A stretch of 64,000 nucleotides of DNA, taken from contig JANQNK010000008.1 in the NCBI GenBank assembly GCA_028279595.1, forward strand, positions 63,713 through 127,712. Reading direction: 5' to 3'. This document shows, one piece after another, positions 1 to 8,766 of this stretch. The stretch comes from Thermoplasmatota archaeon (GTDB taxonomy: Archaea > Thermoplasmatota > JAKEGO01). The notes beneath the pieces were generated by a model. It did not search any database. It saw only the letters and a list, made by a program, of their open reading frames with translations, and had not been told where the DNA came from. Made by a program: the position numbers and the translations under genes. The first letter of the stretch is position 1. The number at the start of each line of letters is the position of its first letter.

Positions 1-731
1 TCCGAATCAGTGGCGAACGCCAGCTCGACGTCCACCGAAAGGAACTCGTTGATGTGCCTTGTGGTGTCGTGGGACTCGGCCCTGAAGGCCGGTCCGAACT
101 CGAAGACCCTGTCGAGGCCCGAGGCCATGAGTATCTGCTTGTAGAGCTGAGGGCTCTGATTGAGGAACGCGTCCCTGCCGAAGTAGTCGACGTGGAAGAG
201 CTCGGTCCCTCCCTCGGTGGCCGTTGCGACTATCTTCGGGGTCGTGATCTCGACGAACCCGTCGTCGATCAGGCTCTGCCGCATGCCCTGGATGACGGCG
301 GCCTTGACCCTGAATATCCACGCCGGGTCCCCGGAGCGGAGGTCGAGGAACCTGTTGTCCAGCCTCGTGTCGAGGTCAGATTCCACCAGATCGGCGACGC
401 CGAGCGGGAGCGGTGTCTCCGCTGCCGATATCAGCTCGTAACCCTTTGCCAGGACCTCGAAGCCCATCTTGGCCTGGTCGCTCGCCTGAACGGTGCCCTG
501 CACGGAGATCACGCTCTCCCGCGTGACCGATGTGATGTCCTTGAAAAGGTCGGGGTCCATCTTCTTGATGACGGTGATCTGCATCCATTCGGTCCCCCTC
601 CGGAGACGGATGAACGCGATGCCGCCGAGGTTCCTGATGTCCTCCACCCATCCACCGACGAGGACCTCGCTGCCGTCGTCCGCCGGCGTGATACCAACTG
701 AATAATCGTTGCGTCCCGGAAGCTCGGACAT
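1..731 (-). CDS. aspS: Aspartyl-tRNA synthetase, N-terminal part (runs off the window start)
   Basis: Manual translation from ATG 731 (alternative 737): OB-fold 'VGGWVEDIRNLGGIAFIRLR', 'DTRLDNRFLDLR', 'ATEGGTELF', 'LNQSPQLYKQ', motif 2 'FRAESHDTTRHINEF'. Not in the ORF track. Confidence 0.95.
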   Translation of the reverse strand, partial: MSELPGRNDYSVGITPADDGSEVLVGGWVEDIRNLGGIAFIRLRRGTEWMQITVIKKMDPDLFKDITSVTRESVISVQGTVQASDQAKMGFEVLAKGYELISAAETPLPLGVADLVESDLDTRLDNRFLDLRSGDPAWIFRVKAAVIQGMRQSLIDDGFVEITTPKIVATATEGGTELFHVDYFGRDAFLNQSPQLYKQILMASGLDRVFEFGPAFRAESHDTTRHINEFLSVDVELAFATDS

Positions 732-733
732 GC

Positions 734-2176
734 TCATTTCCTCCTGAACCTGCCCTTCTTCTCGGGCGCCTCTTCCCTGCGGTCCCTGTAGGGCATACGG
801 CCTATGTGGGCCATGGCCTCCTCCAGTTCCCGTTTGGCCCTCATGCCATAGACGTATTCTAGGGTCCCGCCGATGATGAACAGGATCGCGGCGAGCATCG
901 CCAGGAGGTACCCTATCTCGACGCCCCATGCCATGGAGACCTCGGCTTCCTCCCAGCCCTCGATCTCGCCCTCGTAGGTGCCCTGGAACGGCGACGCCTC
1001 AAGTTTGGCGAAGACCTCGCCTCCGGCGTCGGGAAGGGCTGTATTGACCTTCGAGAAGATCACGATGAACACTATCAGGAATATCATGAGCAGGATGCCC
1101 GTCTTGATGAACTTCTTCCCGCGCCTCCACGGCTTGTTCCTGGTGAAACGGTAGAACATCGATATCGCGAATATCGAACCCCAGACGAGTCCCATGGGTA
1201 TGGGAATGTATCCTTCGAGCGGGTCCTCGGATACGTCGACCGTGTTGTTGGTGGCCGTGAAAGGTGAAACATCCATCTTGATCGGATCGAAGCCGTTGAC
1301 CTCGACGATCCTGGTCTCGCCCTCGGTCTCCCACGTTCCGCCCTGGGACCCGTCCTCCGGGGTGGCCTCGAGGTCGATGTAGTACCATGGGAGGAGGAAG
1401 GTCATGAAGAGTATTATCACCGCGGCGAGGGAGATGAAGGTGCCGATGTTGTAGTTCTTCCACTTCGTCGGCGGTGCGATGGCCTCCTGGCGGCCCTCAG
1501 AGAAGCCCCTTCTGGGTTTGTACACATCGGGGCCCTTCGGTCTCGGCGGCGGTCCCGACCTTCGCTGCCTGGGCTTCACAGGCCTCGGCGCGGGTGGACG
1601 GCGCTCCTTCGGGACATCATCCTCGTCCGGAGCCTCCTCCTCCGAGGGTTCCTCGTCAGGTGCGCGTTCCCCGAACTTGGGTTCGAACCTCGGGGGAGGA
1701 GCCGGTCCCTTAGCGGGCCCTGGCTCTTCCATCTCGGCGAAGTCGTCCTCGTCCACCGGCTCCTCCTGTACCGGAGCCGCCTTCGGTGCGGGGGCCGGTT
1801 CCTCGGGCCCCTTCGCCTCGGGAGGAGGGGTTCCCTGAGCGCCAACGGGCGCCGGGGCAGGAGCAACTGGCTCAGGCGGCACCTCGGACGGTGCTGGTGC
1901 TGCCGGGGGCGGTGGCTGTTCGGGCGGTGCCGGAGCTTCCGCAGCTGGCGGTGCGGGTTCAGGGGCCGATGCCGGTTCCGGTTCGGTCGGCTGTGCAGCC
2001 ACCGGCGTCGGCGGTGTTTCGGGTTCCGGCGTGGGAGGCGCCTCGGGCTCCTTCGGGGGAGCCTCCTGCGGCGCAGGGGCCTCTGCCTGCCCGTCCGCTG
2101 CCAAGGGTACATTGCACTTCCAGCAGTTACTGTCTGTGGACGCAACGAAGGCCCCACAGCTCGGACAACGCATCAT
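734..2176 (-). CDS. Membrane protein with N-terminal zinc ribbon, Pro/Glu-rich linker and ~4 TM segments
   Basis: CPSC...CWKC at the N-terminus, a long P/E/A-rich tract, and hydrophobic helices starting at 'FLLPWY'; abuts the aspS start. Confidence 0.8.
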   Translation of the reverse strand: MMRCPSCGAFVASTDSNCWKCNVPLAADGQAEAPAPQEAPPKEPEAPPTPEPETPPTPVAAQPTEPEPASAPEPAPPAAEAPAPPEQPPPPAAPAPSEVPPEPVAPAPAPVGAQGTPPPEAKGPEEPAPAPKAAPVQEEPVDEDDFAEMEEPGPAKGPAPPPRFEPKFGERAPDEEPSEEEAPDEDDVPKERRPPAPRPVKPRQRRSGPPPRPKGPDVYKPRRGFSEGRQEAIAPPTKWKNYNIGTFISLAAVIILFMTFLLPWYYIDLEATPEDGSQGGTWETEGETRIVEVNGFDPIKMDVSPFTATNNTVDVSEDPLEGYIPIPMGLVWGSIFAISMFYRFTRNKPWRRGKKFIKTGILLMIFLIVFIVIFSKVNTALPDAGGEVFAKLEASPFQGTYEGEIEGWEEAEVSMAWGVEIGYLLAMLAAILFIIGGTLEYVYGMRAKRELEEAMAHIGRMPYRDRREEAPEKKGRFRRK

Positions 2177-2236
2177 CCAACATGAATCTGGACCTAGGTT
2201 TAAAAAGATTGGGTATGGCCATTGCGGGGCCAGGCA

Positions 2237-4123
2237 TCATGCGTTTATGATCGCCGTGTAGATGAGTATGACCGGAATGCCCTCCTCGAGCACGATGTTG
2301 AATAGGTCCTTGCCGGTGGCCTTCTGGAGCAGGTCCTGAGGGAACGTGAAGACCACGGCACCCGGTTTGGTCTCCCCCGCCACCATCATCAGGACCTTGT
2401 CCGCCTGTCCGGCCTTCTCGGTACCGTAGACCTTCACACCGGCCTCCCTGCCCTTGCGGACGATGTCGTCGATGATGTCGGAGCCCTTCCCCTTCCTAGG
2501 GGTGGGGTCCACCGCCGTGAGAAGGGACTGTTTTGCCCGCTCCCTCCTCGGACCGTACAGGTAGACCAGATTGAGGTCCTTGCCGAGATGTTCGGCCAGG
2601 TTGAACAGCACCGGGAGGTCGGACTGCGAGAACGGTACCACCCCGAGGGGGATCAGCAGGTCCCCGCTGGTGTCGGAGGACGGTTCCACCGCACCTGGCG
2701 GGATTATGACCTGTCCCATGGAGGAGTAGTTCTTGACTATTGTGAAGTCCCGCTCCTCGAGCTTCTTGGGCTCGGGGAGGTCGGTCTTGTAGACCAGGGT
2801 ACGGTACGGATAGGGTATCTCCACTCCCGCTTCATCGAAGCCGTTCTTGATCGCCTTCATGAGGTCTCCGGACACCTGCCGCATGTCCCTGGCGTCGCGG
2901 ACCCAGTACCAGAGTTTCATGTTCACGCTCGATTCGCCGAACGCCTCGACCCGGACGAATGCCATCGGGTTCTTGATGACATGGGGTTGATCGTTCGCGG
3001 CCGCCAGCATCACCTTCTCCGCCAGGGCGATGTCGGACCCGTACGATATAGAGACGTCAACGGAGTCCCTCAGTCTGGGATTGTCATATGTGTAGTTCCA
3101 GACCTCCTGGGTGCCGACGAGCTGGTTCGGTATGATGACGAGCTCCCCGTCAGGCGTGGCCACCCTTGTGGACCGGAGGCCGATGTCGACGACGTCGCCC
3201 CACTTGTCGCCTATCTTTATCCTGTCGCCGATGGTGAATGGCTTGTCCACTGCGATCATTATCCCAGCGGCGAGGTTCGCGATGGTGTCCTGGAGACCGA
3301 ACGCGAGGGCGAAGCCGATCAGACCGAGGCTTGCAGCGACGGCGACGATGTCGACGCCCTGGGCGATCATCGCAATGCCAAGGGCGACGAGGATCGCGAT
3401 GTACTTGACGAGCTTCTCGACAGGGGATGGAGCATATTTTGTCTTCGGTTCGAGGTATATCTTGGCGCGCCGCAGGTAGACTATCAGGACCGCGGCGACG
3501 AAGAGGGCAGCGAGGAGGTATCCCGCGAGCATGAGTATGGGGACGAGGTAGCCGGCATACGGAAGCCTGCCGCCGAACTCGATCCTCAGGAGCTCGCTCA
3601 CGAGAATGACGATGAGCAGGCTCTTCAGGGGTCTGAGGACCATCTTGTATAGACGGAACTCCTCGCGTCTGTCGACATGCCCCTTGAGCAGCAGGTGGAT
3701 GAAGAACCGCGCCAGCGGTGAGAGGGCCAGCTGGATGAACAGGACGATGGCGAACGCCATCACGAGGATGTTTATGAGCCCTCCGGGGGTGATCGTGGCC
3801 TCGCCGAGAGTGTACCTCTCCCCCATGTCGACCCCGAGGACGTTGGTCGAGAGGAGAAGGAACGTGATGAAGATGACCCATCGGATGTAGGTCGTCAACG
3901 CCGTCCGGCTCAGGACCGAGAGGCGCCGGCTCTCGGGGTCCTCGCCCTTGCGCCCCCAGGTCTTGAAGAAGTACAATGAGATCCACCTGGCGAGGAGATC
4001 GGCCAGCATGAGGCCGATGAGAGTGAGCATCAGGAAGAGGATGAGGCTCCCCGCGGTAAGGGGTCCTCCGAGGAGGGGTGTATCGAGGAACTCTCCCAAC
4101 GCGTCGAACGGGCCAGCCATCAT
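2237..4123 (-). CDS. MscS-family mechanosensitive channel with a C-terminal USP-like extension
   Basis: 'LAFGLQDTIANLAAGIMI..DKPFTIGDRI...GDVVDIGLRSTRV.T.DGELVIIPN', 'FGESSVN', 'GVEIPYP'. Confidence 0.9.
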   Translation of the reverse strand: MMAGPFDALGEFLDTPLLGGPLTAGSLILFLMLTLIGLMLADLLARWISLYFFKTWGRKGEDPESRRLSVLSRTALTTYIRWVIFITFLLLSTNVLGVDMGERYTLGEATITPGGLINILVMAFAIVLFIQLALSPLARFFIHLLLKGHVDRREEFRLYKMVLRPLKSLLIVILVSELLRIEFGGRLPYAGYLVPILMLAGYLLAALFVAAVLIVYLRRAKIYLEPKTKYAPSPVEKLVKYIAILVALGIAMIAQGVDIVAVAASLGLIGFALAFGLQDTIANLAAGIMIAVDKPFTIGDRIKIGDKWGDVVDIGLRSTRVATPDGELVIIPNQLVGTQEVWNYTYDNPRLRDSVDVSISYGSDIALAEKVMLAAANDQPHVIKNPMAFVRVEAFGESSVNMKLWYWVRDARDMRQVSGDLMKAIKNGFDEAGVEIPYPYRTLVYKTDLPEPKKLEERDFTIVKNYSSMGQVIIPPGAVEPSSDTSGDLLIPLGVVPFSQSDLPVLFNLAEHLGKDLNLVYLYGPRRERAKQSLLTAVDPTPRKGKGSDIIDDIVRKGREAGVKVYGTEKAGQADKVLMMVAGETKPGAVVFTFPQDLLQKATGKDLFNIVLEEGIPVILIYTAIINA

Positions 4124-4209
4124 CCGGACATCGCAATGGCTGATTATAACCGTTCCGGCCCAGACCAAGCCGGAAAGATTTAATTACGTCGGACGCCATT
4201 GAGTCGTGC

Positions 4210-5178
4210 ATGACCCTGATGGACGGAGCCAAGACCACCATGCGGGTCTGTCTGGGCGTGAAACGTGGGGAACGCGTCCTTGTACTCACGGACAACACCC
4301 GGCAGCCCATAGCGGACGCCCTTTACCGGGCGGCCGTGGACCTCAACGCGGATGCGATGATGATGGTGATGCTGCCGAGGACCAGGCACGGCGAGGAGCC
4401 CGCGGACCCGGTCTCGCACTTCATGCGCTCGATGGACGTCATCGTCGCACCAACGGAGTATTCGATATCGCACACCCAGGCCCGGAAGAAGGCCAACGAC
4501 TCCGGGGCGAGGATCGCCACGATGCCAACGATCACCGAGGAGATGATGGGCAAGGGCGGCATGACCGCCGATTTCAAGGAGGTCAGGAAGGCCGTCGGAA
4601 AGGCCCATCGCAAGGCCCTCAAGTTCAAGGAGGTCGACGTCCGAACGGAACTTGGTACGGACCTCCACATCGTATTCGGCCGGAGGAAGTGGATAGAGGA
4701 CACCGGCGTCCTTCACAGGCGGGGTTCGTTCGGGAACCTCCCGGCGGGGGAGCTGTTCATCGCGCCCATGGAGGGCAAGACCAACGGGACACTGGTGGTC
4801 GACGGCTCCTTCGGGGGTATCGGGAAGGTCGACAGACCGATCAGGATCAAGGTCGAGGACGGCTTCGCCGAGAAGATAACCGGGGGCAAGAGCGCCAAGA
4901 AGCTCAGGGACGTCCTGAAGAAGCACGAGAAGCTGCTGGACGACCCTAAGATGGCGTACAACATCGCGGAGTTCGGGATCGGCCTCAATCCCAAGGCCAA
5001 GATAATCGGGAACCCGCTCGAGGACGAGAAGGTCATGGGTACCATCCACGTCGCCATCGGCGACAATTCCACATTCGGCGGAAAGGTGAAGGCCGGCATC
5101 CACATGGACGGGATCGTGAGTTCTCCCAATGTCGGATACGACGACAAGATGTTGATAGTCAATGGCGCCGTGAAGTGA
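4210..5178 (+). CDS. Aminopeptidase, peptidase M29-like (thermophilic metalloprotease)
   Basis: 'NLPAGELFIAP', 'NIAEFGIGLNP', 'LEDEKVMGTIHVAIGDN', 'HMDG'. Confidence 0.9.
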   Translation: MTLMDGAKTTMRVCLGVKRGERVLVLTDNTRQPIADALYRAAVDLNADAMMMVMLPRTRHGEEPADPVSHFMRSMDVIVAPTEYSISHTQARKKANDSGARIATMPTITEEMMGKGGMTADFKEVRKAVGKAHRKALKFKEVDVRTELGTDLHIVFGRRKWIEDTGVLHRRGSFGNLPAGELFIAPMEGKTNGTLVVDGSFGGIGKVDRPIRIKVEDGFAEKITGGKSAKKLRDVLKKHEKLLDDPKMAYNIAEFGIGLNPKAKIIGNPLEDEKVMGTIHVAIGDNSTFGGKVKAGIHMDGIVSSPNVGYDDKMLIVNGAVK

Positions 5179-5184
5179 GGACCC

Positions 5185-6828
5185 ATGAAGGTCTCGGTCC
5201 TCGACGGTTACACCGACGAACCGTCGTCCCTCGGCGTTCCACCATACATGGCCCCTCTTCCCAGATACATCGCCGGAGCGGTCGTCGATGCAGGGCATGA
5301 GGTCGAATACCTCACGATCGACGACAGACGGTCGGATACCCCTTTGTGGAAGGGGTCCGCAACGGCCGATGTCCTCATCGTCGTCGCCGGAGCTGTGGTC
5401 CCCGGGAGATACCTTGCGACGATGCCGGTATCCCCTAGGGAGGCGGAGGAGCTGTCGGATCACAATGGAGTGACCATACTGGCAGGATCGTGTGCAGCGA
5501 TGGGGATAGGGTCGCGCGGGAAGGGTCCGTCCCTCACACCGATCGAGCTCTCGGACCTCTACGATCACACAGTATCAATGGACCCGGACGCGTTCGTCCA
5601 CAACCTGCTCCACGGGGACCCTGAGAAGAGGCGCAGGACTCCGGAGGAATGGGACCGATGGGCGCTTAAGGGCGCTAGGATCGTCCGCGAGCGGCAGGAC
5701 CTGGACCACATGATGGTGGAGATAGAGGCGGCCCGGGGATGTGCCAGATATGGATCGGGCGGCTGTTCGTTCTGCATAGAGCCCCTAGCCGGAGAGCCGG
5801 TCTTCAGGGAACCCCAGGCCGTGGGCGAGGAGGTCGGGGCGCTCATGCTGTCGGGAGCCAGGTTCTTCAGGCTGGGCGGGGCCGATATCTTCTCGTACAA
5901 GGCCAAGGGCATCGACGAAGGCTGTCCGGAACCGGACCCCGGGTCGGTTGAGGACCTGTTGAATACGGTGTCCGCGAAGGGACCGTCGGTCTTCCACCTC
6001 GACAATGCGGACCCCGGGTTGATAGCAGCACATCCGGAACCCTCGAGAAGGATCCTGCGCTCGATCGTGGAGCACTGCACTTCGGGCAACGTGCTGTCCC
6101 TCGGCCTCGAGTCGGCGGACCCCGAGGTCATGGAGGCGAACAATCTCAACGCGACTGCGGAGGAGACGATGGACGCCGTCAGGACCATCAACGAGGTGGG
6201 ATCCGAACCGGGTCCAACGGGACTTCCCGTACTCCTCCCCGGTCTGAACTTCATAACCGGTCTGAGGGGCGAGTCGAAGGCCACGATGGATGCGAACACC
6301 GCCTTCCTCACGGAACTCATCGACGAGGGGCTCATGGTGCGGAGGATCAACATCAGGCAGGTGGTCTGGCGCGACGGAGAGGTCGGCCGATCGAGGTCCG
6401 CCTTCAAGTTCAAGGAATGGACCAGGGAGAACGTCGACGGACCGATGCTCGAGAGGGTTGCTCCCGAGGGACAGGTCCTCAAGGACGTCTACACCGAGGT
6501 CAGGATCGGTAACGTGGTATATGGAAGACAGCCCGCGAGCTACCCTATCCTTGTTGGCCTGGCATACGACGTCCCTCTCGGGCGTTTCATCGACGTTGCG
6601 GTGACGACCCACGGATTCAGGAGCATCACGGCGGTGGAGTACCCGCTGGACGTCAACTCGGCACCGATGGGAGCGTTGGGGTCGATCCCCGGGATCGGCA
6701 GGAAGAGGGCGGCCAGGCTCGTCCGCAGGCGCCCCTTCACGTTCAGGGAGGAGGTCGTTGACGCGCTGGAGGACGACGAGGTCGCGCGATCGCTCCTGAG
6801 GTACACTGGCCCCGACTGGCCCGCTTGA
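5185..6828 (+). CDS. Radical SAM protein with TRAM-like and C-terminal helix-hairpin-helix domains (COG1031-type)
   Basis: 'DGYTDEPSSLGVPPY', 'RGC-x7-CSFC', 'LDVNSAP..L..IPGIGRKRA'. Confidence 0.85.
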   Translation: MKVSVLDGYTDEPSSLGVPPYMAPLPRYIAGAVVDAGHEVEYLTIDDRRSDTPLWKGSATADVLIVVAGAVVPGRYLATMPVSPREAEELSDHNGVTILAGSCAAMGIGSRGKGPSLTPIELSDLYDHTVSMDPDAFVHNLLHGDPEKRRRTPEEWDRWALKGARIVRERQDLDHMMVEIEAARGCARYGSGGCSFCIEPLAGEPVFREPQAVGEEVGALMLSGARFFRLGGADIFSYKAKGIDEGCPEPDPGSVEDLLNTVSAKGPSVFHLDNADPGLIAAHPEPSRRILRSIVEHCTSGNVLSLGLESADPEVMEANNLNATAEETMDAVRTINEVGSEPGPTGLPVLLPGLNFITGLRGESKATMDANTAFLTELIDEGLMVRRINIRQVVWRDGEVGRSRSAFKFKEWTRENVDGPMLERVAPEGQVLKDVYTEVRIGNVVYGRQPASYPILVGLAYDVPLGRFIDVAVTTHGFRSITAVEYPLDVNSAPMGALGSIPGIGRKRAARLVRRRPFTFREEVVDALEDDEVARSLLRYTGPDWPA

Positions 6829-6889
6829 TCCTGCGGTGTCAACAACCATATATATCCAATTGCCGTTATTGGACACCGAGGTGTGCGCG

Positions 6890-8332
6890 ATGCCGGGATC
6901 AGATGTAGAGTCATTCTTCGACATAGAGAGGATGGACTATGTCGAGCAGGAGGGGGAGCCCGGCAAGGTCGCTACCGAGGTAGAGAGGAAGCCCGTGGTC
7001 ATCTCGCTGGGCGGATCGCTGTTCTACGAGGACGATGAGGACGGCGCTGCCGTCCTGGCGATCGACTACCTGAAGGACGCCGCGGAGTGGCTCAAGGGCA
7101 TTTCGAGGAGCTTCAAGGTGTTCGTCGTCGTCGGCGGAGGAAGGGCGGCCAAGGAGATGATCGTCGAGCTGCGCGACGAGGGCGTGAGCGAGTCGGCCCT
7201 CGACACCCTCGGGATCGACATGACCCGTGTGAACGCAAGGGTCCTCCGCTGCATTATGGACCTGCCCGGGCTTCGGGTACCCGAGGACTTCGACAGGGCC
7301 CTGGCGGAGAGCGCATACAACAAGACGGTGATAATGGGAGGCACACACCCCGGGCACACGACGGACGCCGTGGCTGCCATGCTTGCAGAGATAGTAGGAG
7401 CCGCGGTGTTGGTAATAGCGACGGACGTCGACGGGATCTTCAACGCCGATCCCAACGAGGTCCCGGACGCAAGGCTTTTCGACGAGCTCTCCCCGTCGGA
7501 CGTCTGCATCCTGTCCTCCGGATACGACGTGGGAGCCGGGTCCAAGGCGCCCATCGACCCCATGGCGGCCCGCATAATCGCTCGCTCTGGCATCAGGACC
7601 GTCATACTCAACGGAGCCGACCTCGACAATCTGGAGGCGGCGATCCGGGGAAGCGACTTCACCGGAACGTCCATCGAGGTCGAGGTGGAGAGCACCCTCG
7701 ACGGATCGGACGCCGCTGACATCGCCGATGCCAAGCGCAAGGAGATCGAGAAGAAGGCGAAGAAGAAAGGAAAGGGCAGGTCCGAGGATGACAAGGCCGA
7801 GGGGAAGAGATTGCTGCTCAAGAGCTTCTCCAAGGACGGTAAGAAGCCCAAGAAGAAGAAGCGGAAGAGGAAGGATCCAGAGGAAGAGACCGCTGAGGAG
7901 TCTCCGGAAGAGGAGCCAGAAGCCGTAGAGGGACATGAGCAGGAAGAGGTAGAGGAGAAGGAACCTGAAGAGGAGCCCGAGGACGAGGAACCCGGGGAGC
8001 CTGAGCAGGTAGAGGAGAAGGAACCGGAGGAGGAGCCCAAGGACGAGGCTCCGGATCCCGAAGTGTCTGAAGGCGGTGAGGAAGCCCCCGATCCCGAGGA
8101 GCCTGAGGGTGGTGAGAAGGCACCCGAGCCGGAGCCCGACGAGGAACCGGCCGAAGAGGAAACCCCCGAGGAGGGTGGGACCGAGGACGAGGATGGACCG
8201 GAGCCCGTGGGGGACCGAGCCGAAGATGACGCGGAGATCGAATGGTCGACGAGCGAGGATAAGGCCGACGGTCCCAAGAGGTCGTCCGACCAGGACTGGG
8301 ACCTTCCGAGCCTCGACGACGTCGAGGTCTAG
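6890..8332 (+). CDS. pyrH: UMP kinase with a ~210-aa Lys-rich then acidic C-terminal tail
   Basis: 'VVISLGGS', 'VVVGGGRAA', 'MGGTHPGHTTDAVAA', 'ATDVDGIF.ADP', 'PIDPMAA'. Confidence 0.9.
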   Translation: MPGSDVESFFDIERMDYVEQEGEPGKVATEVERKPVVISLGGSLFYEDDEDGAAVLAIDYLKDAAEWLKGISRSFKVFVVVGGGRAAKEMIVELRDEGVSESALDTLGIDMTRVNARVLRCIMDLPGLRVPEDFDRALAESAYNKTVIMGGTHPGHTTDAVAAMLAEIVGAAVLVIATDVDGIFNADPNEVPDARLFDELSPSDVCILSSGYDVGAGSKAPIDPMAARIIARSGIRTVILNGADLDNLEAAIRGSDFTGTSIEVEVESTLDGSDAADIADAKRKEIEKKAKKKGKGRSEDDKAEGKRLLLKSFSKDGKKPKKKKRKRKDPEEETAEESPEEEPEAVEGHEQEEVEEKEPEEEPEDEEPGEPEQVEEKEPEEEPKDEAPDPEVSEGGEEAPDPEEPEGGEKAPEPEPDEEPAEEETPEEGGTEDEDGPEPVGDRAEDDAEIEWSTSEDKADGPKRSSDQDWDLPSLDDVEV

Positions 8333-8391
8333 TTCGTTTTTTTTACTTTCGTCAGCGTGAGCCTTATCTAACGGGGAGGACATTCCCGTTC

Positions 8392-8709
8392 ATGTTCTCG
8401 ATGGTCGTCGGAACGTTCCCGGACGAGGAGACAGCGAAGGATATCATCAGGACCCTGGTCGATGAGAGGCTGATCGCCTGCGGATCGCTGTTCCCGTGCA
8501 CATCGATCTACACATGGGAGGGGAAGACCGAGGAGAACGGGGAGGTAATGGCGGTCATGAAGACGAGGACATCCCTCGCGGACGATGTCTGCGCCAGGAT
8601 CGTGGGGCTCCATCCGTACGACGTGCCCGAGGCGGTTTCCGTCCCGATAGGCACTGGACATCTCCAGTACCTGGAATGGATCGCGGATTCCACAATGGGA
8701 ATGAACTAG
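8392..8709 (+). CDS. cutA: Divalent cation tolerance protein CutA
   Basis: 'LVDERLIAC', 'SIYTWEG', 'HPYDVPE', 'YLEWI'. Confidence 0.93.
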   Translation: MFSMVVGTFPDEETAKDIIRTLVDERLIACGSLFPCTSIYTWEGKTEENGEVMAVMKTRTSLADDVCARIVGLHPYDVPEAVSVPIGTGHLQYLEWIADSTMGMN

Positions 8710-8766
8710 AAGTGGACCCACCCCACTTTGGGACGGATGAATCCTTTTCCGTAATACAGTGACCGC

